Positions 1 through 10,826 of a stretch of 64,000 nt of DNA are shown here, one piece after another. Source of the DNA: Octopus sinensis. Lineage: Eukaryota. Numbering within the stretch: the first letter of the stretch is position 1; every line of letters begins with the position of its first letter. The position numbers and the translations under genes are program-made. The notes beneath the pieces were generated by a model that had not been told where the DNA came from, searched no databases, and saw only the letters and a list, made by a program, of their open reading frames with translations. The stretch is taken from assembly GCF_006345805.1 (NCBI RefSeq), contig NC_043011.1, positions 60,710,464-60,774,463 on the forward strand. Reading direction: 5' to 3'.

Positions 1-99
1 TATATATATATATACATATATATGCCACCAGTGGTGTATAACCAACACACTTATGTGTACCCTTCATTTATTAGAAAATAAACTTTGCTTGCAAAGATC

Positions 100-527
100 T
101 GTTGAGGCAACTGAAATCAAAATCGCTGACATAGCCAATGACAGTACTGCCTGACTGGCTCCCATGCCAGTGGCACGTAAAAATAGCACCATTCAAGCGT
201 GATCATTGCCAGTATTGCCTTACTGGCACATGTGCCGGAGGCAGGTGAAAAACAACATTCGAGCGTGGTCATTGCCAGTGCCTCTGGACTGGCTCCTGTG
301 CAGGTGGCACGTAAAAAACACCTATTGAGCATTGTCATTGCCAGTACCGGTGGCACGTAAAAGCACCCACTACACTCTCAGAGTGGTTGGTGTAAGGTAG
401 GGCATCCACCTGTAGAAACTTTACCCGATCAGATTGGAGCCTGGTGCGGCCTTCTGGCTCGCCAGTCCTTAATCAAACCGTCCAACCCATGCCAACAAGG
501 AAAGTGGACATTAAACGATGATGATGA
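100..527 (+). mobile_element. RTE-tailed SINE-like element (family C) with internal tandem subrepeats
   Basis: Variable 'tgccagt...ggcacgtaaaa' subrepeats, then 'gtaaggtagggcatccacctgtagaaact...ccaacccatgcc...ggacattaaacgatgatgatgat'. The (GAT)n-terminated tail is typical of RTE-clade 3' ends. Many other copies occur in the window. Confidence 0.75.
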
Positions 528-530
528 TCT

Positions 531-562
<32 letters not shown>

Positions 563-729
563 GTATGTATGTATGTATGCATGTATTTATATATATATAT
601 ATATATTATATATATATATATATATTATATATATATATATATATATAAACATTGCAGTGTGGAAGGTGTTTATAAGCCATTTAAGAAACACACAAAAGCC
701 GTTCGATTCACTTCAACATTTAAGTTTAA

Positions 730-780
730 TTTGTCAAGATATTTTCGTCGCTTTAAGACCGCGACCTGTTCACTGACAAA
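730..780 (-). ncRNA. Hammerhead G3-C8 variant, left-arm copy (U16.1 mutated to C, probably inactive)
   Basis: Minus strand reads UUGUCA GUGAACA G GUCGC-GGUCUUAAA-GCGAC GAAAAUAUCU UGACAA. Stem II is perfect, but the cleavage-site U is mutated. Confidence 0.55.
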
Positions 781-802
781 AATCCGTGATGCAGAACGGA
801 TT

Positions 803-852
803 TTTGTCAGTGAACAGGTCGCAGATTTTAGTGACGAAAATATTTTGACAAA
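803..852 (+). ncRNA. Minimal type-I hammerhead ribozyme, G3-C8 core variant (predicted)
   Basis: Stem I UUUGUCA/UGACAAA; core GUGAACA plus G; stem II GUCGC/GUGAC; GAA; palindromic stem III AAUAUU; predicted cleavage after 845. Confidence 0.65.
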
Positions 853-990
853 TTAAACTTAAATGTTGAAGTGAATCGAACGGCTTTTGTGTGTTTCTTA
901 AATGGCTTATAAACACCTTCCACACTGCAATTGTTTTCGTTTCAGCACACGATCTCAGATCAAATCACTTGCTATGCGAGTACATCTCCG

Positions 991-1022
<32 letters not shown>

Positions 1023-1036
1023 ATATATATATAAAC

Positions 1037-1375
1037 ATTGCAGTGTGGAAGGTGTTTATAAGCCATTTAAGAAACACACAAAAGCCGTTCGATTCACTTC
1101 AACATTTAAGTTTAATTTGTCAAGATATTTTCGTCGCTTTAAGACCGCGACCTGTTCACTGACAAAAATCCGTGATGCAGAACGGATTTTTGTCAGTGAA
1201 CAGGTCGCAGATTTTAGTGACGAAAATATTTTGACAAATTAAACTTAAATGTTGAAGTGAATCGAACGGCTTTTGTGTGTTTCTTAAATGGCTTATAAAC
1301 ACCTTCCACACTGCAATTGTTTTCGTTTCAGCACACGATCTCAGATCAAATCACTTGCTATGCGAGTACATCTCC

Positions 1376-1376
<1 letters not shown>
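1037..1376. repeat. Second, apparently identical tandem copy (offset 386 bp) of the fold-back element; hammerhead at 1189-1238
   Basis: 647-990 is repeated at 1033-1376, separated only by (TA)n. Confidence 0.9.
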
Positions 1377-1420
<44 letters not shown>

Positions 1421-1530
1421 AGTGAATAGCTACAACTGGATGAAAAGCGGGGCAGACACAGACTGAAATGCTGATCGTTTTTCGCAACTACAGTCAGTTG
1501 AAGGAAGTGTTCAATAAGTTCACAGCTGGC

Positions 1531-1567
<37 letters not shown>

Positions 1568-1600
1568 AAGCGAGAGAGAGAGAAAGCGAGAGAGAGAGAA

Positions 1601-1631
<31 letters not shown>

Positions 1632-1654
1632 AAGAGAGAGAGAGAGGAGAGAGA
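1531..1654. repeat. (GA)n microsatellite
   Basis: Direct reading of the sequence. Confidence 0.95.
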
Positions 1655-2252
1655 TGAAAAATCAATATAATCAATGACCAACGTGAATGGATGGATAATA
1701 ATAATACTTTGTGATACTTGATTTCATTGTTATTGAATATATTAAACAAAAATCAAACGTACAAGATGGTAGTGGTGATGGGGATGGTGATGGTGGCAGC
1801 AGGGATGGTTGCAGCAATGGTGATGGTAGTCATTGGCTGGTGGTGGTGGTGGAAGTGACTGTGATAATGTGAATGGCGTGAGATATAAACAAAACAACGA
1901 CCACCATCCAGGAAGGATGGTCACAAGAACCGAGAGAAATAGCAGCTAAATTTCACACTATTTCATGCTATGATCTACCAATTCGGCAGAGCAGAGATAT
2001 CTCTGACCTTGTGGTTAGAGTGTTAGACCAATGATCATAAGGTCATCTTTTACATTTTCTAGTCATTTGACCGTGGCCATGCTGGGGCACCACCTTGAAG
2101 GGTTTCAGTCAAACAAATTGACCCCATGACTTATCTTTTATATCATCATCATCATCATCATTTAACGTCCGCTTTCCATGCTAGCATGGGTTGGACGGTT
2201 CAACTGGAGTCTGGGGAGCCCGAAGGCTGCACCAGTATATATATATATATAT

Positions 2253-2419
2253 ATACGACAAGCTTCTTTCAGTTTCCGTCTACCAAATCCACTCACAAGG
2301 CTTTAATTGGCCCGAGGTTATAGTAGAAGACACTTTCCCAAGGTGTCATGCTGTGGGACTGAACCTGGAACCATGTGGTTGGGAAACAAGCTACTTACCA
2401 CACAGCCACACCTGCGCCT
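2253..2419 (-). mobile_element. tRNA-headed SINE family A, 5' module
   Basis: Reverse complement of the 'ggcgcaggagtggctgtgtggtaag...ggttcagtccc...gaaagaagcccgtcg' head, ending in (TA)n. Confidence 0.85.
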
Positions 2420-2426
2420 AAAAAAA
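2420..2426 (-). terminator. Probable Pol III terminator (T7) downstream of tRNA-Gln
   Basis: Run of 7 T on the minus strand about 30 nt past the tRNA 3' end. Confidence 0.5.
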
Positions 2427-2455
2427 CGTATCTGTCATTTCAGAGTAAAGTATTC

Positions 2456-2527
2456 AGGTTCCACCGAGACTTGAACTCGGATCGCTGGATTCAGAGTCCA
2501 GAGTGCTAACCATTACACCATAGAACC
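2456..2527 (-). tRNA. tRNA-Gln(CTG): tRNA-Gln, anticodon CTG
   Basis: Minus strand reads GGTTCTATGGTGTAATGGTTAGCACTCTGGACTCTGAATCCAGCGATCCGAGTTCAAGTCTCGGTGGAACCT. It is 72 nt with an intact cloverleaf and A/B boxes, nearly identical to the canonical metazoan tRNA-Gln. Confidence 0.93.
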
Positions 2528-2704
2528 CTTCATTCCCTAAATTGTTTTTTTTTATTGGGGGTGGGTAATGAAAATGCTTTGAACATCCTCCTGAAAACAA
2601 ATGAGGACAGAAACCTTTTTGGACGTGTTTGAAACATTACTTTTCCATTATTGCATCTATCTGATTTGATTGAAGTAGAAATAATAATAATAACAATAAT
2701 AATA

Positions 2705-2742
<38 letters not shown>

Positions 2743-2881
2743 ATCTGCGTTTGTTTTGATATAAAGATTGAAAATATTGACCTTGTTTGTAAAATATTTC
2801 AAACCTGGCTTTGCACCCACAAAGCAAATTTTGTTCCCGCACTTAGGAGTCAAGAGTGTGTTCACATCTGCTCATACACTT

Positions 2882-3266
2882 TTCTTACTCCTTTACTTGT
2901 TTCACTCATTTGACTATGGCCATGCTGGAGCACTGCCTTTAGTTGAACAAATCGACCCCAGGACTTATTCTTTGCGACCCTAGTACTTATTCTATCAGTC
3001 TCTTTTGCCGAACTGCTACATTAAGGGGATGTAAACACACCAACATCAGTTGTCAAGTGGTGGTGGAAGGACGAATACAGACACACACACACACAGATAT
3101 ATATACAATGGGCTTCTTTCAGTTTCCATCTACCAAATCCATTCACAAGGCTTTGGATGGTCCGAGGCTATAGTAGAAGATACCTGCTCAAGGTGTGACA
3201 CAGTGGGATTGAACCAGGAACCATGTGGCTGGGAAGCAAGTTTCCTATCACACAGCCACTCCTGCA
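2882..3266 (-). mobile_element. SINE family A, full length (head + internal microsatellite + 3' module)
   Basis: Both modules match other copies such as 7711-8152. Confidence 0.85.
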
Positions 3267-3405
3267 GGTGTAATAATTAAATTATTACACACATATTATA
3301 TAAGTAATGCAAAAACACCTGTAGACTGTGATTATCAATAAAAAAGAAAAAAAATCGAATCCTTATTGTTTTTGTGTGGTGTGGAATCAAATGATTCACA
3401 GCCCA

Positions 3406-3572
3406 GTGATTGGGTACCCCTGACAAAAGCATGTTGTGATTGGGTACCCCTGACAAAAGCATGTTGTGATTGGGTACACCTGACAAAAGCATGTTGTGAT
3501 TGGGTACACCTGACAAAAGCATGTTGTGATTGGGTACACCTGACAAAAGCATGTTGTGATTGGGTACCCCTG
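3406..3572. repeat. 30-bp minisatellite, about 5.6 copies (gtgattgggtac[c/a]cctgacaaaagcatgtt)
   Basis: Exact 30-nt periodicity with two unit variants. Confidence 0.95.
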
Positions 3573-6006
3573 CCTGACACACAACATGCTTTTGGTAATT
3601 AGTTTAGGTAATATATATGTGGAAAGAAACTCGGGGAGAGCATAAAAGCCGGTGGTCCTCAGAGGAGAAACCCCCTTTAGGCAAGTGTTTTGTCCCTTAA
3701 CTCCCGACACTCTAGAGAGGTGAGGTCAGGCCACATCTGAGTCATGACTCCCAGATGTCTACCTGCTGTTTGTTTTAGTACACCTTAGGTGGGATTGGTT
3801 TCTCTGGTTTCTAGCAGGTGTAATAATTAAATTATATATTATGTACTTTGTGCTATGTTATGCACCTGAATCCCCATTCCTTTGAAAAATTGTCTGGCAT
3901 GAAACCAGTCTACGGTGCAAAAATGGCTGGGGTGTCATTGGTGTATATTATGAAGTCATATGTGTTTGCAAATAACAGTTATGCTTGAGAGTTTATCCAA
4001 AATATCAGTGACTGGACTAAAAGGAGTGCATATATCCTAATATGTTTGTCCCATTGCTTTCTCACTGTTGTGAATCTACCTGCCATTCCAGCAGGCACGT
4101 GCCATCAGTAATTACTCAGGGTCGGCAGTCGGTGACCTTTATATAGTAAAACACACAAAAAGTAAGCGAAACACAGGTGTGCGACTGAGTTGAAGGCAGA
4201 TTTACTTCTGCCTTCATAGCACATAAAGAAAACATTGTTGTAGGAGTGTACGCAGCATGTGTACTACAGCATTACTACTATGCATAGCTTAAATACTGAG
4301 ACTGAAAGGTGGGGGTGAATTATGCCTATGTAATCTACAGAAAAATAAAATACTTTGCATTTTATGCATAATAATCAGAGTAACCTTCATAATTTTATTG
4401 AATTAGGTGCATATTTTGCTATGAAAGGAAAATGTTGTTATGGATGTATTTTATTCAAGGTAGGCACTGCTCTCCTTGCCTACCCAGGTGGCATGTCCCT
4501 GCATTCCAGTCACCCACAATTCTTTGTTCCTATTCTTTCTTTTATCTCCATTCTTTTATTCTGAAAGTATCTCCTGAAATCTCATCTCCACCATCCTTTT
4601 TCCCTTTCCTGATGGGATAGTCATATATCTCCTCTAGAGCAAGAGACCTGTTCTTAACCGGCTATCATACTTTAGCCTTTAAAGGCCCGGCACAAAGCCA
4701 CTGCTTCCCATACTGCACAACCACTCCATTAAGGGGTCTTGTCTTAAGAGTTACTTCATGACCTTAATAATGGTGGTATTGCAAAAAAAAAAAAAGAAAA
4801 CCACCCAGTACACCATAGAGTGCTTGGCATTAAGAAGGGCATCCAGCCATAGACACCAGACATTGGAGCTCAGCAAGGTCCGCTCATTCATCAGATCCTG
4901 TTAAACCATCCAACCCAAGCCAACATGAAATGCGGATGTTAAAAGAGGACAATGACCGCCTAGTCAGCCATGACAGATGGTGGCCCTGTGTATGTGCGTG
5001 TGTCTGTGTGTGTCTATGTGTGTGTGTGTGTGAGTGAGTGTGTGAGTGTGTGTGTGCGTGTGTGTGTGTGTGTGTCTATGTGCGTGTGTGTGAGTGTCTG
5101 TGTGTGTGTGTGTGTCTGTGTGTGTGAGTGAGTGTGTGTGTGTCTGTGTGCGAGTGAGTGTGTGTGTGTGTGTCTGTGTATATGCGTGCATATTTCCTTG
5201 TCTTGATACTGCGTGATAGTTGTAAACGAGTTTCACAGTCATACAAGCGGTGCCATTCATTTCCAATATTCTGCAAACAGCATGTCTGGTCATGGAGAAA
5301 GCATTACCTCACTTGGAATCGGGTTGGGTTGGTAAAAGGAAGCATATCCGGGTAAAGAAAATCTGTACCAACGAACTCACCTGATCCATGCAGGCATAAA
5401 AAAGTAGACAGGAAACCTGCTCACGGAGACATATAAAGATGATAATTCTTAAGACAGTATGTTTATAACTGGAGGTAAATTTGGCTGCTATTTCTAGCAG
5501 GGTAAGCAACCATATGGCAGCTTTCTTTGAAAAGTGTGATGTGTGAAGAGACAAGTTTTATGAAAAGAAAATAAACAAAAAACTATGTTATCTATTCATG
5601 TAATTAGCGACAGCAGTAGTAGTAGCAGTAGTTGGGAGGGGAGTAAAGCTATTTTTATCACTGATTGTCCCTCACCAGAAATGTACTGCAGAATGTGTGT
5701 CAGACTCAAAATGCGATGAAGTACAAATTATAAACAATGTCAACATCAGCTATGGTGGCGGCAGCAAGGTTGAGAAGCTTATTTTGCAAGCCTGTGGTTT
5801 GGGGTTCAGTGCCACTGCATGGCACCTACGGCAAGCATCTTCTCCTATAGCCCCACATGGACCTAAGCCTTATGAGTGGAATTTGGTAAACAGAAATTGC
5901 ATGGAAGCCCAGCATATTGTATACTGACACACAGACAAGTATATATATATGTATGTGCATGTGTGTGTATGTGTGTGGTGTGTGTGTGTGTGTATGTGTA
6001 TGTGTG

Positions 6007-6231
6007 CAGCTGGCAGAAACGTTAGCATGCCGGGTGAAATGCTTTGCGGTATTTCGTCCGCCGCAGCGTTCTGCGTTCGAATTCCGCCGAGGTTGACTTT
6101 ACCTTTCATCCTTTTGGGGTCGATTAAATAAGTACCAGTTACGCACTGGGGTAGATATAATCGACTTAATCCGTTTGTCTGTCCTTGTTTGTCCTCTCTG
6201 TGTTTAGCCCCTTGTGGGTAGTAAAGAAATA
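6007..6231 (+). mobile_element. tRNA-headed SINE family B
   Basis: 'gctggcagaaacgttagc...gttcgaattccgccgagg' head, conserved central 'cctttcatcct..ggggtcgat..taagtacc' block, and tail ending 'gggtagtaaagaaata'. Confidence 0.85.
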
Positions 6232-6479
6232 CATACATATACATACATATATACACACACACATCTAGGTATATGTACATACATATATATATGTAAAACT
6301 GTTTATATATGTATACAGGCACAGATGTGGCTGTGTAGTAAGAAGCTTGCTTCCCAACCACATGGTTCTGGGTTCAGTTCCACTGTGTGGCACCTTGGGC
6401 GAGTGTTTTCTATTATACCCTCGGGCCGACCAAAGCCTTGAGTAGATTTGGTAGACAGCAACTAAAAGAAGCCTGTCAT

Positions 6480-6497
6480 ATATATATGATATGTATA

Positions 6498-6529
<32 letters not shown>

Positions 6530-7040
6530 CATACATTTACATAAATATATACATATATATATACATACATTTACATAAATATATACATATATATATATAC
6601 ATATATATATATACATATATATATATACATACATTTACATAAATATATACATATATATATATACATACATTTACATAAATATATACATATATATATATAT
6701 ACATACATTTACATAAATATATACATATATATATACATACATTTACATAAATATATACATATATATATATACATATATATATATACATATATATATATAC
6801 ATACATTTACATAAATATATACATATATATATATACATACATTTACATAAATATATACATATATATATACATACATTTACATAAATATATACATATAATA
6901 TATACATATATATATTACATATATATATTACATACATTTACATAAATATATACATATATATATATACATACATTTACATAAATATATACATATATATATA
7001 TATACATACATTTACATAAATATATACATATATATATATA
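6480..7040. repeat. (TA)n-derived higher-order minisatellite (about 34-38 nt unit containing 'catacatttacataaatatatacat')
   Basis: The same interrupted motif recurs more than a dozen times inside the TA tract. Confidence 0.85.
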
Positions 7041-7678
7041 CACACACACACACAGAGACTGAAAAATATATATATCTGCACTCACAAACACAGCCACACA
7101 CACACACACACACACACACATGCAGATACATATATAAATGTTAAATTCTTATATATGATGTCACATAAAAAAAACAAAAAAACAAATTTATTCACTCACA
7201 CAGACACACGCGTACACACACACACACACACACGCACGCACACACCACAGATCTAAATTGTCCATGTTTTTCCAGTTTTAAAAAGGTAGTATATGATTTA
7301 GGGGGGGAAGATTTGGCTGCTATTTCTAGTAGAGTAAATTACTCTACAGGGACGTTCTTCGTAGCTTGTGGAATATGAAATTTGATAGAACAATTTAGCA
7401 GAAACATTTAAAGTATTTCAGCAAAACGAGTTTCATTGTCGTCGCATCCTATTTTAATTTTCATTTCATTTTCAAATACTCCTGAATATTTTAAGAGGAA
7501 AATTTTATATTTTTATCTGTAATGTTTTTTTTTTTACAATTTGAAATTTACTAAATATTGATTTTTTTCTTCTTTTTTTTTTCAATTTTATGCATGGCAT
7601 GCTCCCAGAATTTATAGTTAAGAGATGTGGGGACTTTTATTGAGAGGAATAACCCTGGACGGAGACTGTGTATCTAAG

Positions 7679-7710
<32 letters not shown>

Positions 7711-7877
7711 GGCGTAGGAGTGGCTGTGTGGTAAGTAGCTTGCTTACCAACCACATGGTTCCGGGTTCAGTCCCACTGCGTGGCACCTTGGGCAAGTGTC
7801 TTCTACTATAGCCCCGGGCCGACCAATGCCTTGTGAGTGGATTTGGTAGACGGAAACTGAAAGAAGCCCGTCGTATA

Positions 7878-7934
<57 letters not shown>

Positions 7935-8152
7935 TTGTCCCCCCAACATTGCTTGACAACCGATGCTGGTATGTTTACGTCCCCGTAACTTAGCGGTTCG
8001 GCAAAAGAGACCGATAGAATAAGTACTAGGCTCACAAAGAATAAGTACTAGGCTCACAAAGAATAAGTCCTGGGGTCGATTTGCTCGACTAAAAAGGTGG
8101 TGCTCCAGCATGGCCACAGTCAAATGACTGAAACAAGTAAAAGAGTAAAAGA
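7711..8152 (+). mobile_element. SINE family A, full length, young copy
   Basis: tRNA-like head with B box 'ggttcagtccc', internal (TA)n(TG)n, and 3' module ending 'aaatgactgaaacaagtaaaagagtaaaaga'. CpGs are intact. Confidence 0.9.
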
Positions 8153-8171
8153 TATATATATATATTTTAGA

Positions 8172-8282
8172 GTATCTACGAGATACCACCATGCTGAAAA
8201 TAGCAGCCATGAACCGACTCTAAAATCACCTTAGAGTCGGTTCATGGCTGCTATTTTCAGCATGGTGGTATCTCGTAGATAC
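8172..8282. repeat. Perfect 52-bp inverted repeat with 7-nt loop
   Basis: 8172-8223 is the exact reverse complement of 8231-8282. Confidence 0.95.
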
Positions 8283-9097
8283 CCTAATTCATGATTTTAA
8301 TAATTATTACCTTTAAAGGTTATTTTTTCCATGCTGACCACTTGATAAGTTCGTTATTTTATTTTGAATTAACGATTTTATCCTTATTTATATATATATA
8401 TATATATATATTTATTATTGTATATGATGTGTTGTGAATTTATAGAAAGAAATTCAACAATTTTGTTAATTAAAATTCTCTGATATATTTTAACCTCTTC
8501 TCCATTTAAAAAAAAAATTGTTGAATTTTATGGAATTTCTTTCCATAAATTCGCAACACATCATATACAAGTATTATTTTCATATTTGCAGACTTAATTA
8601 AGCCAGTAGGCTACCAGCAGAATATGAAGAATCAATATTAGAAATATGTTTTTGAAAACCTCCAAATTAAAGGACAAATCTAATTCAACCTTTTTACACA
8701 CACACACACACATACAACTTTTAACAAAGCAATACGCACCTTCTCCTATCAACAATTTTTTTCTCTATATATGCTTATAAACAATTATGATTTTTGATGA
8801 ACTTCTAAATAATCATGAATTTATTTCACTGCCTGTTTTGAACACATTTATGTCAACTGTTTTAACACAAAGCCTCTTTTCACATTTTCTTAATCATTGT
8901 CAAAGATTCTATTTCTTAACATTTTCTTATCATTGTCAAAGACTCTATCACTGTACATCTATGTTAACTAATTCTTAACACCACAAAGGCTACACAAAGC
9001 CTTGCACTTTACTTCTGAAAATCGTTTCTTTAAAATAATTGAAACCAGTCAAGTCAATTAACACCTTTAAAAGATCTGCATTTTCAAATCCTCTTCG

Positions 9098-9128
<31 letters not shown>

Positions 9129-9135
<7 letters not shown>

Positions 9136-9345
9136 ATCACGTGACCGACCAGTCCATCAGATGTAGTTACACATCACTGGTCACAATGCATTCGCATTGT
9201 TTTAGCCTTCGAATGACGCCACCCTGCTGGCTAAGCGAGCAGGCAAACAGAAGAAAGAGTGGTGAAAGAGTACAGCAGGGATCACCACCCTCTGCCGGAG
9301 CTTCGTGGAGCTTTTAGGTGTTTTCGCTGGGCCATTGCGCCTCCA
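9129..9345 (-). mobile_element. SINE family D variant (head 'ggaggcgcaatggc', internally deleted)
   Basis: Shares its head and 'cgaaaacacc...gatccctgct.tactcttt' with 39466-39844 but has a different 3' tail. Confidence 0.7.
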
Positions 9346-9346
9346 C

Positions 9347-9387
<41 letters not shown>

Positions 9388-9958
9388 CATCATCATCGTT
9401 GTTTTACGTCCATTTTCCATGCTGGCATGGGTTGGACGGTTTGACTGAGGTCTGGAGAGCCAGCGCTGCACCAGGCTCTAATTTGATCTAGCAATTATTC
9501 TACAGCTGGATGCCCTTCCTAATGCCAACCACTCCGAGAGTGTAGTGGGTATTTTTTATGTGCCACCGGCATGAGGGTCAGTCAGGCAGGCCTGGCATCG
9601 ATCACATTTGGATAGTGCTTTTTACATGCCACCGGCATGGGGACCAGTAAGTGGGTACTGGTATCGGCCATGTTCAGATGGTGCTTTTTACATGTCACTG
9701 GCACGGGAGCCAGTTAGGCAGACCTGGTATTTGGCCACATTCGGATGGTGCTTTTCACATGCCACCGGCACAGGAGCCAGTCAGGGTCACTGACCACAGC
9801 TATGATATTGGTTTTACTTGACTCAACAGGTCTTCTCAAGCATCAAGGGTACTTTTAACCTGGCCAGGCATGTGTGGTTGCGATCTCAATTTTTCCTGTT
9901 TGCACCAACATACCTATATATATATATATAATATATATATATATATATAATATATATG

Positions 9959-9992
<34 letters not shown>

Positions 9993-10522
9993 ATATATAC
10001 ATCATCATCGTTGTTTTACGTCCATTTTCCATGCTGGCATGGTTGGACGGTTTGACTGAGGTCTGGAGAGCCAGCGCTGCACCAGGCTCTAATTTGATCT
10101 AGCAATTATTCTACAGCTGGATGCCCTTCCTAATGCCAACCACTCCGAGAGTGTAGTGGGTATTTTTTATGTGCCACCGGCATGAGGGTCAGTCAGGCAG
10201 GCCTGGCATCGATCACATTTGGATAGTGCTTTTTACATGCCACCGGCATGGGGACCAGTAAGTGGGTACTGGTATCGGCCATGTTCAGATGGTGCTTTTT
10301 ACATGTCACTGGCACGGGAGCCAGTTAGGCAGACCTGGTATTTGGCCACATTCGGATGGTGCTTTTCACATGCCACCGGCACAGGAGCCAGTCAGGGTCA
10401 CTGACCACAGCTATGATATTGGTTTTACTTGACTCAACAGGTCTTCTCAAGCATCAGGGTACTTTTAACTGGGCCAGGCATGTGTGGTTGCGATCTCAAT
10501 TTTTCCTGTTTGCACCAACATA

Positions 10523-10524
<2 letters not shown>
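9388..10524 (-). mobile_element. Family C / RTE-derived element present as two near-identical tandem copies (9388-9914 and 10000-10524)
   Basis: Copies differ by two 1-nt indels and one small change, and are separated by (TA)n. Confidence 0.8.
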
Positions 10525-10590
<66 letters not shown>

Positions 10591-10609
10591 GGAAGACATA
10601 AGATGAAGT

Positions 10610-10826
10610 AATGAAGCATGACCTTTGAACATTGGGCCTCACAGAAGCAATGACAGGAAACCAAGACCTTTGGAGATATGCTGTGATTTAGAAGACCCAA
10701 CAAATAAAGTGAGATCGCAACCACGCATGCCTGGCCTAGTTAAGAGTACCCCTGATGCATTGGGTAATATGATATGCTTGAGAAGACCTGTTGAGTCAAG
10801 TAAAACCAATCTCATAGCTGTGGTCA
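10610..10826 (+). mobile_element. RTE LINE 3' fragment, partly inverted relative to 10399-10500
   Basis: Translates like ...LGLTEAMT.NQDLWRYAV, an RTE ORF2 C-terminus. 10695-10826 is the reverse complement of 10399-10500. Confidence 0.6.

Larger units (their letters stand above)
651..990. mobile_element. Fold-back (palindromic) element, arms 651-787 and 796-931, carrying a hammerhead motif in each arm
   Basis: About 137-bp near-perfect inverted arms around an 8-nt loop (gatgcaga), flanked by (TA)n. Confidence 0.85.

Noticed and set aside
3406-3572. CRISPR-like array of 30-bp repeats, and repetitive ORFs across it
   Set aside because: Units are contiguous with no unique spacers, the context is eukaryotic and there are no cas genes. 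It is a minisatellite.
3861-3919. U3-A8 hammerhead-like string (UUGAAAA...GAAACCAGUC)
   Set aside because: Stem I is not adjacent to the core and stem II is poor; compatible with chance.
8592-8641. Possible terminal coding exon (tttgcag|...LIKPVGYQQNMKNQY*)
   Set aside because: Only a plausible acceptor and 16 codons, with no recognisable homology or partner exons.
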